Shown in pieces: positions 1 through 8,641 of a DNA stretch of 37,736 bases. The translations under genes were made by a program, and so were the position numbers. Every line of letters starts with the position of its first letter. The first letter of the stretch is position 1. The stretch spans positions 1 to 37,736 of the forward strand of contig JAMCRO010000009.1 of the NCBI GenBank assembly GCA_023380615.1, written 5' to 3'. The stretch is from Candidatus Parvarchaeota archaeon. Its GTDB lineage: Archaea; Nanobdellota; Nanobdellia; Parvarchaeales; Parvarchaeaceae. Below the pieces are notes generated by a model, which searched no databases, was not told where the DNA came from, and saw only the letters and a program-made list of their open reading frames with translations.

Positions 1-210
1 CATCACATGTACAAATTTATTTTTTAGTTAGAAGAATAAAGTATTTTTGAGCTCCATTCCCAATTTTATTCTTCTTAAAAAGTCATTTGTAGCTATCTTT
101 TCAGTATCTACATTTTCTTTTAAAAGTTCATTGTATAATCTAATAGAATATGTGCTGACTCCTCTGCCGTTTTCAGCGAAGGTGTAATTTATAAGATAAA
201 CTTTTTCCAT
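1..210 (-). pseudogene. N-terminus of a GT4-like glycosyltransferase, interrupted by an in-frame TAA (28-30) and running off the window
   Basis: N-terminus 'VYLINYTF..GRGVSTYSIRLYNEL' resembles GT4 starts (compare 5580..6593 'KGGIPRYNYEI'). The same frame stays open after the stop to the window edge (LKNKFVHVM), giving a GT4-like 'xxH' strand. Starts 1 nt after the upstream GT2 stop. Confidence 0.45.
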
Positions 211-211
211 A

Positions 212-1213
212 TTAAATTTTAATAATTTGGTTTATAATTTCTTCCCTCGGTTCGTATTTGTATAAGTTAATTATGTCTTTCATTATTTTGGGATGCTTTA
301 TATTTTCCAATTCTGTCCGTTTAATTATGTCAAGGTAACTTTTGTTGTTTATGTTTATAAAAATTGAATTGAAATAGCGTTTTATGAAGTTATAATATAA
401 TGCTTCAACGTTAAGTTTTTTGTAATTTGATTTTAAAAAATTGTCAGCATCGTAAAACATATCCTTTCGGTCATATTCCTTTGTCTTATATAATTCGCTG
501 TGTCCCTTTAATTTTTTAATAATATTCTCTGGAAATAACAGGTTATACCTAAATATTGGAGGGTATAAAGGTACTACTTGATATAATGCAGGTTCCTTTC
601 TTTTACCTCTATTAACCGTTAAGTTGAATAGTCTGGAATAATACTGACCATGCTTTTTATATCTGTATACTTGTCCTATAACATCTCTAATTACCGTGTG
701 CACACTAACTTCATTTAAAGGTTCAAGGTGCATTCCATCACCCAGACTCTTAAAATAAGAATTTGCTTTAATTAATCTGAATCTCCAGTCATAGTTTAAA
801 ATATACCTCCAACAGAAAAGGTTGTATGGTAATACAAAAACCTTAGTTTGTTGGTATTCTTTTATTAAGTTTCTCAATTTGTTATAACTTTCTTCATGCG
901 CTATTTCATTTGCTTGCAATTCGAATATATAATCTTGTTTCCCCACCCTTTTTTTGGCCGTTTCAATTAAGTTGTTGTAGGCAGCACCTATACTTGCGCC
1001 TTTTTTAAGTTCCGGCCATCTGTATCTATATATGTGTATTCTTTTGTTTTTAGATAGTCTCTCTAATATCTCGTAAGTTCCATCATTAGAGTATCCATCA
1101 GATATATATAATTCATCTCCCCAATTTAAAAAAGAATAAATTGCTTCTAAAAAAGGATAGCCTTGTGAAACTAAATTTTTACTAGCTAAAATTCCAATTA
1201 TCTTTGCTTTCAT
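212..1213 (-). CDS. GT2-family (GT-A fold) glycosyltransferase
   Basis: 'EAIYSFLNWGDELYISDGYSNDGTYEILE' is the GT2 nucleotide-binding motif; the DxD-equivalent reads 'LQANE'. Confidence 0.8.
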   Translation of the reverse strand: MKAKIIGILASKNLVSQGYPFLEAIYSFLNWGDELYISDGYSNDGTYEILERLSKNKRIHIYRYRWPELKKGASIGAAYNNLIETAKKRVGKQDYIFELQANEIAHEESYNKLRNLIKEYQQTKVFVLPYNLFCWRYILNYDWRFRLIKANSYFKSLGDGMHLEPLNEVSVHTVIRDVIGQVYRYKKHGQYYSRLFNLTVNRGKRKEPALYQVVPLYPPIFRYNLLFPENIIKKLKGHSELYKTKEYDRKDMFYDADNFLKSNYKKLNVEALYYNFIKRYFNSIFININNKSYLDIIKRTELENIKHPKIMKDIINLYKYEPREEIINQIIKI

Positions 1214-1264
1214 ATCTAGTATCTAATTTTAATTATTTATATTAGTTATACTAAGATAATAGCT

Positions 1265-2197
1265 ATGTCAAAAATCTTGATATCCGGAGGCAATGGCTTT
1301 CTGGGTAGTTATCTTTGCGAGAAAGCATTGAGTAATAATTTTGAAGTTACAGTCGTTGATAACCTGTCTACTTCAAAAGAAAGGCAGGTTCCAAAAGAAG
1401 TAAAGTTTGTGAAAAAACCAATTGAGAAATTTAGTACAAATGAAAGATTTGACTTCGTAGTTCATTTGGCTGCAAGGCCAAGTCCAGAGGATTACATAAA
1501 AAATCCATTAGCCACAATCGATTCAAATGACATAGGTACTAGGAATATGCTGGAGATAGCTAGGAAAAGCAATGGTGTTTTCATGTACACATCGACTTCA
1601 GAAGTATATGGGGATCCAAAGATATTGCCAATACCAGAAACTTACTTCGGTTATGTTAATCCAAATGGCATTAGAAGTTGTTATGATGAAAGCAAGAGAT
1701 TTTCAGAAGCGCTTATAAAGGCTTATGAACGTCAGTATGGTTTGGACGTAAGGATACAAAGGCCGTTTAATGTCTATGGACCCAGGATAAGAGAAGATGG
1801 GTTTTACGGCAGGGTTATCCCCCGATTTATAGACCAGGCTTTGAGAAACGAGCCATTGACTGTGCATGGTGATGGTAAACAGACACGGTCCTTCTTATAT
1901 CAAAGTGACTGGGTTGCCGCTACTTGGAAGTTATTAATGAATGGTAAAGCCAAAGGGGAGGTTTTGAACATAGGAAACTATAAGGAGATAAGTGTGCTGG
2001 AACTGGCTAAGCTTATAATTAAAAAAACCGGCAGCAAATCAAAAATAGTGCACTTGCCTCCGAGAGAAGAGGATCCTAAAAGAAGGGCAGCAGATATTAC
2101 GCAAGCACGTAAGATATTAAATTGGGAGCCAAAAGTTAGTTTAGATGAGGGTTTGGAATCTACAATTAATTGGCTGAAGGAGAAGAAAAACCTATGA
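1265..2197 (+). CDS. uxs: UDP-glucuronate decarboxylase (UDP-xylose synthase), extended SDR
   Basis: GGNGFLG Rossmann motif, 'TSTSEVYGDP', 'GYVNPNGIRSCYDESKR' (YxxxK in UXS context), 'FNVYGPR', 'GDGKQTRSF'. Confidence 0.85.
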   Translation: MSKILISGGNGFLGSYLCEKALSNNFEVTVVDNLSTSKERQVPKEVKFVKKPIEKFSTNERFDFVVHLAARPSPEDYIKNPLATIDSNDIGTRNMLEIARKSNGVFMYTSTSEVYGDPKILPIPETYFGYVNPNGIRSCYDESKRFSEALIKAYERQYGLDVRIQRPFNVYGPRIREDGFYGRVIPRFIDQALRNEPLTVHGDGKQTRSFLYQSDWVAATWKLLMNGKAKGEVLNIGNYKEISVLELAKLIIKKTGSKSKIVHLPPREEDPKRRAADITQARKILNWEPKVSLDEGLESTINWLKEKKNL

Positions 2198-3411
2198 AAA
2201 TAGGAGTAGTGGGATTAGGTTATATTGGATCAGTTACTTCAGTAGCATTGGCAGAGGCGGGATACGAAGTTGTTGGTATAGACATAGACGAATCAAAGGT
2301 AAAATTACTTTCTGCAGGTGAAACTCCGATATATGAACCTGGTTTGAAAGAAATGCTTGTAAAGAATGCAAAAAAATTAAGGTTTTCAATAGATTACAAT
2401 GAGCTTAAAGACATAAATTACATTTTTGTTATAGTTCCAACCCCAAATAAAGATGGCAAAATCTATTTAAAGTATGTCGAGGATGCGATTGAAAAGATAA
2501 AGCAGATAAACAAAAATGCAGTTGTAATTATTAAAAGCACGGTTTTACCCGGTACAGCCAGTAATTTAATGGCAACAACTGGCATGACAATAATTTCAAA
2601 TCCAGAATTTACAAAGGAAGGCACTGCAATAGAAGACACTTTGAAACCAGACAGGGTCGTAATAGGCGGGAATAATAAAAATGCGATAGAAGAAGTTAAA
2701 AAGATATGGGAATTTACAGGTTCGCCAATCATAGAAACAACAAATGAAAATGCAGAAATGATTAAATATGCAAGTAACTCTTTCTTAGCCGTTAAGGTAT
2801 CTTATATAAATGAAATAGCCAATTTGTGCGAAAAGGTTTCTGGTTGTGATGTTGAGGTTATCGCTAAGGGGATGGGATTAGACAAGAGGATAGCGCCATA
2901 TTTCTTGAAGGCAGGAATAGGTTTTGGAGGATCCTGTTTTCCCAAAGACACGGCAGCATTTATTTCATTTGCTAAAGATTTGAATGAAGATTTATCTATC
3001 ATAGAAAGCGCAGTTAGTGTTAATAGAAGTAGAATATCAAGGATAGTTAATTTATTAGAAGATAAGTTTAATGGTAAAGAGACCATGACAAGAATTGGGG
3101 TATTGGGGCTTGCCTTTAAGGCAAATACAGACGACACTAGAGAGTCACAGTCAATAAAGTTAATAAATAAGCTTCTTAGTATTGGATTTAAAGTAAATGC
3201 TTATGACCCAATAGCTAAAGTTAAACTAGAAAATATCAGTTTATTTAGTAGTGCAAGAGAGTGTATTGAAAACTCAGATGCAATAGTCGTAGCTACAGAA
3301 TGGCCAGAATTTAAGAATTTAGAAATAAAAGGCAAATTTGTTATAGACATGCGCAGGATGTTAAGCTTAAATAATGATTCTAATCTAAAAGTAGTTGGAC
3401 ACTATGGCTAA
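2194..3411 (+). CDS. ugd: UDP-glucose 6-dehydrogenase
   Basis: GLGYIG, 'IKSTVLPGT', 'SNPEF', 'AEMIKYASN', catalytic 'GFGGSCFPKD', 'GLAFKANTDDTRES'. Probable start is ATG 2194, overlapping the uxs stop (ATGA). Confidence 0.93.
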   Translation: MKIGVVGLGYIGSVTSVALAEAGYEVVGIDIDESKVKLLSAGETPIYEPGLKEMLVKNAKKLRFSIDYNELKDINYIFVIVPTPNKDGKIYLKYVEDAIEKIKQINKNAVVIIKSTVLPGTASNLMATTGMTIISNPEFTKEGTAIEDTLKPDRVVIGGNNKNAIEEVKKIWEFTGSPIIETTNENAEMIKYASNSFLAVKVSYINEIANLCEKVSGCDVEVIAKGMGLDKRIAPYFLKAGIGFGGSCFPKDTAAFISFAKDLNEDLSIIESAVSVNRSRISRIVNLLEDKFNGKETMTRIGVLGLAFKANTDDTRESQSIKLINKLLSIGFKVNAYDPIAKVKLENISLFSSARECIENSDAIVVATEWPEFKNLEIKGKFVIDMRRMLSLNNDSNLKVVGHYG

Positions 3412-4216
3412 AATAAGGAAGGCAGTTATACCCGCAGCTGGTTTAGGTTCTAGGATGTATCCTTTGACAAGGGCACAACCAAAAGAAATGTTGCCAATAC
3501 TAGACAAACCAGTTATACACCATGTTGTAGATGAGATTTTAAGTGCAGGTATAGATCAGATACTTGTAATAGTTGGGAAAGGGAAAGAGTCTATAATAAA
3601 CTACTTTGACTATAATGAACTCGATTCAAAATTTAATGTTACGCCCGATTTTCCAGAGATATTTTTTGTTAGACAGAGGGAACAAAAGGGCTTGGCAGAT
3701 GCAGTAAAGTACGCAAAAAAATTCGTGAATGATGAACCTTTTTTAGTTTTGGCTGGGGACACTATATATCGATCAAATACAGATAAAACAATTGCAAATC
3801 AGCTTCTTGGTATTTTTGATAAAAAACAATCTACGTCTATCTGTTTGGAAGAAGTGCCTATGGAGAAAACTAAATATTACGGTATCGTAAAAGGAGAAAA
3901 AATTGAAAATAACCTATACTCAATAAGGGACATGGTTGAAAAGCCAGATATTTCCGATGCGCCAAGCAACCTTGCAATCACAGCTGCTTATGCGTTACAG
4001 CCTGAGATATTTGATTTTATCGATAAGATAAAGCCCGGTAAAAATAATGAGTACCAATTAACTGATGCCCTTAATTTAATGTGCAAAGAAAAGGATTTAT
4101 TCGGAGTTAAGATAGACGGGAAAAGATATGATATCGGCTCAAAAGAGTTCTGGGTAGAAACATTTATAGAATTTGCTAGAAATGATAGCAGATTCTCTAA
4201 TCTTTTTAAGAATTAA
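3404..4216 (+). CDS. galU: UTP--glucose-1-phosphate uridylyltransferase
   Basis: 'KAVIPAAGLGSRMYPLTRAQPKEMLP', 'RQREQKGLADAV', 'MVEKP'. Probable start ATG 3404 overlaps the end of ugd. Confidence 0.9.
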   Translation: MAKIRKAVIPAAGLGSRMYPLTRAQPKEMLPILDKPVIHHVVDEILSAGIDQILVIVGKGKESIINYFDYNELDSKFNVTPDFPEIFFVRQREQKGLADAVKYAKKFVNDEPFLVLAGDTIYRSNTDKTIANQLLGIFDKKQSTSICLEEVPMEKTKYYGIVKGEKIENNLYSIRDMVEKPDISDAPSNLAITAAYALQPEIFDFIDKIKPGKNNEYQLTDALNLMCKEKDLFGVKIDGKRYDIGSKEFWVETFIEFARNDSRFSNLFKN

Positions 4217-4219
4217 TTT

Positions 4220-5548
4220 TTAATTTACATTCGGTATAATGAATTCTTCTTTGCCTTTGAATATCTCCAATTCTTCCAGCAATTCCTTTGCCTTATCTTT
4301 GTTATCTTCAACTTTTAGCTCTTTGTTGCCTTCTAAGAATTCTTCGATTATGCCGTCAGTCCCGTTTACAGTTAGCTTAAATCCGTCTTTGTATACCGCC
4401 TTTCTCAGCTTTTCATAAGTTTTCTTCACGTACTCCTCTCTGTGTTTATACCCACCGGGTAAAACAATAACTGCCCCATAGGCTTCGCTGAAAGTGGTTT
4501 CAGAGTAGACTGAGGAATCATCACCGCCTTCTAAAACCTCTTTTATGAGTTTTGGCAGATAAACCAAGTTTTGATACCCTTTTTTAGCCTCGAATTTTTT
4601 GTTGCCGGGGTATTTTATTATCATCGGTATCCTAATTAGTTCATCATAGAGGTAAGTGCTGTGCAGCATGTAGCCATGCTCATTTATTGCTTGCCCGTGG
4701 TCGGAAGTTATTATTATCATCGTGTTGTCGTATTTTCCCGCCTTTTTCAGCGTTGAAATCAGTTTACCTATCTGCTCATCCAAGTATTCCATCTCAGCAA
4801 TGTATTCCTTTCTTATGTTTTTTATCGAATTCTGGCTCATCGGCTTTATACCGGTAACATTGTCCCATACTTCCTTGGAGTTGTAATTCCTGTAAGGCTC
4901 ATGCACCTCTAAAAAGTTGATAAACCTGAAGAACTTGCTTTCCCAGTTTCCGTTTGAAAGCAGTTTGTTAGTGAGTTCAGCGCCTTTATCCAATGGGAAA
5001 TTTATTACTTCACTGATCAATTTTTCCCGTTTACGTAGTTTAGCGAATTCAAGTATCTTTCCAAATTTTCCCTGTTTTATCAGTTTTAATGCAATTTCTT
5101 TAGGGCTAGCACCTAATCTTCTGGCTTCCTGGAATATAGGGTCTTCCTTGCTTACTGGGAAGGGATCTATCATAAAGAAGTCCTGGAAGCCGATATCAAA
5201 TGCAGTTTGAGTGGAAACCATTGGATTATTGGAAATCCCTAATGTATTGTAACCTTTGTTTGAAAAGTATTCTGCAAGCCTTTCAGCCTTCAAGTCCAAA
5301 TTGAATTTAGTCAGATCCAAGAGCTTATCCTTTTCTGTTTCATGTACTTTGTGTTCGTTTAGATACAGACCAGTGAACAACGAAACATGCGAGGGAAATG
5401 TCCATGGCGAAGGGGCTATGGCATTCTCATAGACAACGGCATCTTCTTTAAGTTTTAACAGATTAGGAGTTTTAGCCTCTCCGCCGTAGATCTGCATTAT
5501 ATCTTTACGCAAACTGTCGCAAACTATCAGCAAAACGTCAGGTTCCAT
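4220..5548 (-). CDS. Sulfatase-like alkaline-phosphatase-superfamily enzyme with Thr at the nucleophile position
   Basis: 'DSLR', 'APSPWTFPSHVSLFTG' (T-x-P-S-H instead of C/S-x-P-x-R), 'EVHEPY', 'TSDHG', 'LYDELIRIPMII'. Confidence 0.85.
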   Translation of the reverse strand: MEPDVLLIVCDSLRKDIMQIYGGEAKTPNLLKLKEDAVVYENAIAPSPWTFPSHVSLFTGLYLNEHKVHETEKDKLLDLTKFNLDLKAERLAEYFSNKGYNTLGISNNPMVSTQTAFDIGFQDFFMIDPFPVSKEDPIFQEARRLGASPKEIALKLIKQGKFGKILEFAKLRKREKLISEVINFPLDKGAELTNKLLSNGNWESKFFRFINFLEVHEPYRNYNSKEVWDNVTGIKPMSQNSIKNIRKEYIAEMEYLDEQIGKLISTLKKAGKYDNTMIIITSDHGQAINEHGYMLHSTYLYDELIRIPMIIKYPGNKKFEAKKGYQNLVYLPKLIKEVLEGGDDSSVYSETTFSEAYGAVIVLPGGYKHREEYVKKTYEKLRKAVYKDGFKLTVNGTDGIIEEFLEGNKELKVEDNKDKAKELLEELEIFKGKEEFIIPNVN

Positions 5549-5579
5549 TAATACATTAAAGATAATGTAAATTAATTCT

Positions 5580-6593
5580 TTAGCTTAATAGCTTTTTGTA
5601 CTCTTCCACAAGAATTTCACGGCATTTGTTCCATGAGAATTCTTCCTTAACTTTCTTTGCTTTTTCTGCAAAATCTTTTTGCAGTTCCTTGTAGTCCTTT
5701 GTGATTATGTCATCTAGTTTGTCTATTTCAACAGCATATTTCTTGACTTCCTCTGGTATGACTGCATCCTTGTATACGAAAGAGGGTATACCACAGGCTA
5801 TGCATTCCAATAGTGGTAAGCCGAAGCCCTCATATGAAGTGGGGTAGACAAAGTAGTCAAAGCCGTTTATGACTTTTGTAATCTCATCTTCAGGTATTTT
5901 CTCTTTAAAGATTATGCTGCCGAACTTTTCGTATTTTTTCTTCAGCAGGGGGTAATCCTCGTCGTTTCCGAATATTACTAGCTTAAGCTTAGCATTCAAT
6001 GAAGAGGCTATGAAGTCCTCGATAAGCTTATCTACTCTCTTTCTCCTGTTGAATCCTCCAAAGTAGCCAATTATTCCTTCCTTTTTGCTTTCCAAAGGCT
6101 TGAATTTCTCTTCTATGCCTAAGTTATCAACGATAATTTTTCCGGGGTCGGTTTTAAGTATGTTTATCAGTTCGTCCCTGGTTTGAGTGCTATTCACCAT
6201 TATTGTGTCTGCCCTTTCTATTGAGAACTTGAATTGCTTTCTAAATGAAATCCCGCGTGCGCTGCCATACAATCCCTTTACTTTCATCGTGCCGAAAACC
6301 GCAAGGTCATGCACTGTAAGGACAACTTTGCGTTTACTTAATTCCTTAGTTTTAACCATAACTTCAGGCTGCGTGAAATGCAGTACTTTTCCAAGTTTGT
6401 CGACATTCCTTTCAAGTATGTTTTTACGTCGGTAAAGCTTGTTTAAGAACTTGTTAGAAAGCCCTTCATTGCTAAGGCTTTTAGAAAAGTCAACTACGTT
6501 TTTTATCTCCTTTATCTTGGCAATTTCATAATTATATCTAGGTATGCCTCCTTTGCTAGGATCCAAAGTCTCAGCTATGAGCGTTACTTCCAT
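5580..6593 (-). CDS. GT4-family (GT-B) glycosyltransferase
   Basis: 'LTVHDL', 'RRKRVDKLI', 'YPTSYEGFGLPLLECIACGIP' (E-x7-E motif), 'FSW'. Confidence 0.92.
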   Translation of the reverse strand: MEVTLIAETLDPSKGGIPRYNYEIAKIKEIKNVVDFSKSLSNEGLSNKFLNKLYRRKNILERNVDKLGKVLHFTQPEVMVKTKELSKRKVVLTVHDLAVFGTMKVKGLYGSARGISFRKQFKFSIERADTIMVNSTQTRDELINILKTDPGKIIVDNLGIEEKFKPLESKKEGIIGYFGGFNRRKRVDKLIEDFIASSLNAKLKLVIFGNDEDYPLLKKKYEKFGSIIFKEKIPEDEITKVINGFDYFVYPTSYEGFGLPLLECIACGIPSFVYKDAVIPEEVKKYAVEIDKLDDIITKDYKELQKDFAEKAKKVKEEFSWNKCREILVEEYKKLLS

Positions 6594-6661
6594 GCTATTT
6601 TAATAGCAAAAGTAAAATTTAAAGTAATAATAAGCAGAAAATTCATATAAAAAAGTGAAAA

Positions 6662-6744
6662 GCTGGGTTGGCTGAGCGGTTAAAGCGCCGGTCTCGAGAA
6701 CCGGTTTCCGAAAGGATGCGTAGGTTCGAATCCTGCACCCAGCG
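6662..6744 (+). tRNA. tRNA-Ser(CGA), intronless, CCA not encoded
   Basis: Acceptor GCTGGGT/ACCCAGC + G73; anticodon arm CCGGT-CTCGAGA-ACCGG; long variable arm TCC-GAAA-GGA; T-loop TTCGAAT; followed by a T-tract. Confidence 0.96.
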
Positions 6745-6879
6745 TTTTTACTATAATCAAAACCCTGTTTGTTATCAACCTTCTATGCAGATATGCATTA
6801 AATTCTTAGTAAAGAAAACTAAACTAACAAGTCAGCGGTGTGGAAAACTTTAAATAATGAATCACTTCTTAGTAATCAA

Positions 6880-7248
6880 ATGGCATACACTGGGAAGGAA
6901 AGTTATCAGGATATGAAGATAAACCTGAAAAGAGAAGAGAAAGGTTCCAATCTAGTAAATTATCTAGAAAAGGCGGCAACAGATCTTAACATGTATACTG
7001 AGACCGAATATCCTGCTGGAAGCATGTGCGGCAACTCTTGCTTGAGAAAAGGAGATTGTGTGCTTATGTCGTTTTTCAGCCCAGTTTCAAAGCTGTTTCA
7101 TCTTTATACAGCAAAGTTCTCTATCATAATAAATAAAAATGAAAATTACAGCTCTTTGAGAGTTACGGATGAACCGCTGGCTTCTTTAAAGAAGGTAAAG
7201 CAGCTTTCACAAAAACTGGAAAGCAAAATGGAAGAACTACTGAAATAA
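6880..7248 (+). CDS. Hypothetical protein
   Basis: Open frame with ATG 6880 about 25 nt after a BRE/TATA-like 'GAAAACTTTAAATA' (6843-6856); contains CxxxC-x5-C. Confidence 0.65.
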   Translation: MAYTGKESYQDMKINLKREEKGSNLVNYLEKAATDLNMYTETEYPAGSMCGNSCLRKGDCVLMSFFSPVSKLFHLYTAKFSIIINKNENYSSLRVTDEPLASLKKVKQLSQKLESKMEELLK

Positions 7249-7291
7249 TTAAAAGGAAAACTTTTAAATATTACAATTATTTACGTATTGC

Positions 7292-8098
7292 ATGGATTCT
7301 GACGAAAACAAGCAGAATCTTGATTTAAAAAACGAAGAAAATAAAGCAAATCAAGATCCAGAAAAAAAGCAAAGCAGCGAAGAAAGCGAATCAAAAAGCG
7401 TCACTGATTCAAATGCAGATAATAACAGTTCAGCAGAACAAAAGCCCCAAGGTAAAAATTCTTCTAAAATACCTGTAAAAATCATAGTACCAGCAGTTAT
7501 AGTCATAGTGGCCGTAATCATAATTGCAGTTTTTCTCATTCACCCTGCCAGCAAAGCAGCAGCAGTAACTACAGTAAGTTACACTCCAATAAATTACCTT
7601 TCAAATTCAGGTTTAAATTCAGCAATAGGCGGAAACTGGTCCCTGATACTGAATGAAACGGCAAACTCAACGGTAATAAATGAATACGCCGGAACCGGAG
7701 ATTTTCCGCCAGGTACAGTTGCGGCAGAAATTCAGGAGTTCGTTCCTTCCTCCGAGGTTTCACAGCTATCAGCAAATAAATCCGCAAATATATCAGATTT
7801 CGTATCGACCGTTTATTACATGAATTCATCATCGGCTGCTCTTTGTCTTTTCGATGAAATAGAAAGCATTACAGGTTCAGAGTATGCAAATAATTCAAAG
7901 GTAAATTATAATTTAAGTGCCATAGGAACTGCAGGCATGGTTTATATTAACGGAAGGCTAAATTCATCAAATTCGTCTACGGAAAATGCCACAGAACTTT
8001 ATATGATAGACGGCAGCTCGGTGGTAATAGCAACCGCGGCAAATGAGAACATAGGTTACTCGCAGGCTAAAAACATAGTGTCTTATTTATTCTCTTAG
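7292..8098 (+). CDS. Single-pass membrane protein: acidic disordered N-terminus, TM helix, Ser/Asn-rich ectodomain
   Basis: Hydrophobic 'IIVPAVIVIVAVIIIAVFLI'; many N-x-S/T sequons after it; TATA-like 'CTTTTAAATA' at 7261-7270. Confidence 0.8.
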   Translation: MDSDENKQNLDLKNEENKANQDPEKKQSSEESESKSVTDSNADNNSSAEQKPQGKNSSKIPVKIIVPAVIVIVAVIIIAVFLIHPASKAAAVTTVSYTPINYLSNSGLNSAIGGNWSLILNETANSTVINEYAGTGDFPPGTVAAEIQEFVPSSEVSQLSANKSANISDFVSTVYYMNSSSAALCLFDEIESITGSEYANNSKVNYNLSAIGTAGMVYINGRLNSSNSSTENATELYMIDGSSVVIATAANENIGYSQAKNIVSYLFS

Positions 8099-8149
8099 TT
8101 TTTATCCAGTGGCATAAAAAGATTAATTCCAGTGTTTTTTACTTATAGT

Positions 8150-8545
8150 ATGGAAAAAAGCGTAAGGGAACTTACCGAAGTCGCAAAGAACTTCATAAAC
8201 GAAAGGGATTGGAGGCAGTTCCAGACTTCAAAGGATATAGCAGAGGACATTTCCGTAGAAGCGAATGAATTGTTGGAATTGTTTTTATGGAAAGACGGGA
8301 AAGAAATGGACAGGAAAACAATGGAAGACAAGGAATTACTGCAAAAAATAAAGAACGAAACAGCGGACGTTTTATTCGGCTGTTTAGCCATTTCTGATCA
8401 CTTGAATTTTGATTTGGAAGAAGCGTTTCTTTCAAAGATGAAGCAGTTGGAGAAAAGATACGACAAAGAGCAGGTAAAGGGCAAGTCAGTAAAAATAGAC
8501 GAAAAGGAATGGCTGGAAAAGCAGCAGGGCAAAACTGAATTTTAA
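8150..8545 (+). CDS. MazG-like nucleotide pyrophosphohydrolase (DCTPP1/RS21-C6 type)
   Basis: 'ERDWRQFQTSKDIA..ISVEANELLELFLW' and 'ETADV' (ExxE...ExxD metal motif), 'KMKQLEKRY'. Confidence 0.88.
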   Translation: MEKSVRELTEVAKNFINERDWRQFQTSKDIAEDISVEANELLELFLWKDGKEMDRKTMEDKELLQKIKNETADVLFGCLAISDHLNFDLEEAFLSKMKQLEKRYDKEQVKGKSVKIDEKEWLEKQQGKTEF

Positions 8546-8641
8546 TCCTCGTTTGTTAGTATCCCTTCTGTAAAGTCAGCGTAGTTTCATACTCAATTAA
8601 AGGTAGCAAATGATTTTATTTACACAGTCTTATCATATACT

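Noticed and set aside
6668-6853. 61-aa ORF in the track
   Set aside because: Overlaps tRNA-Ser; it is a translation of the tRNA sequence.
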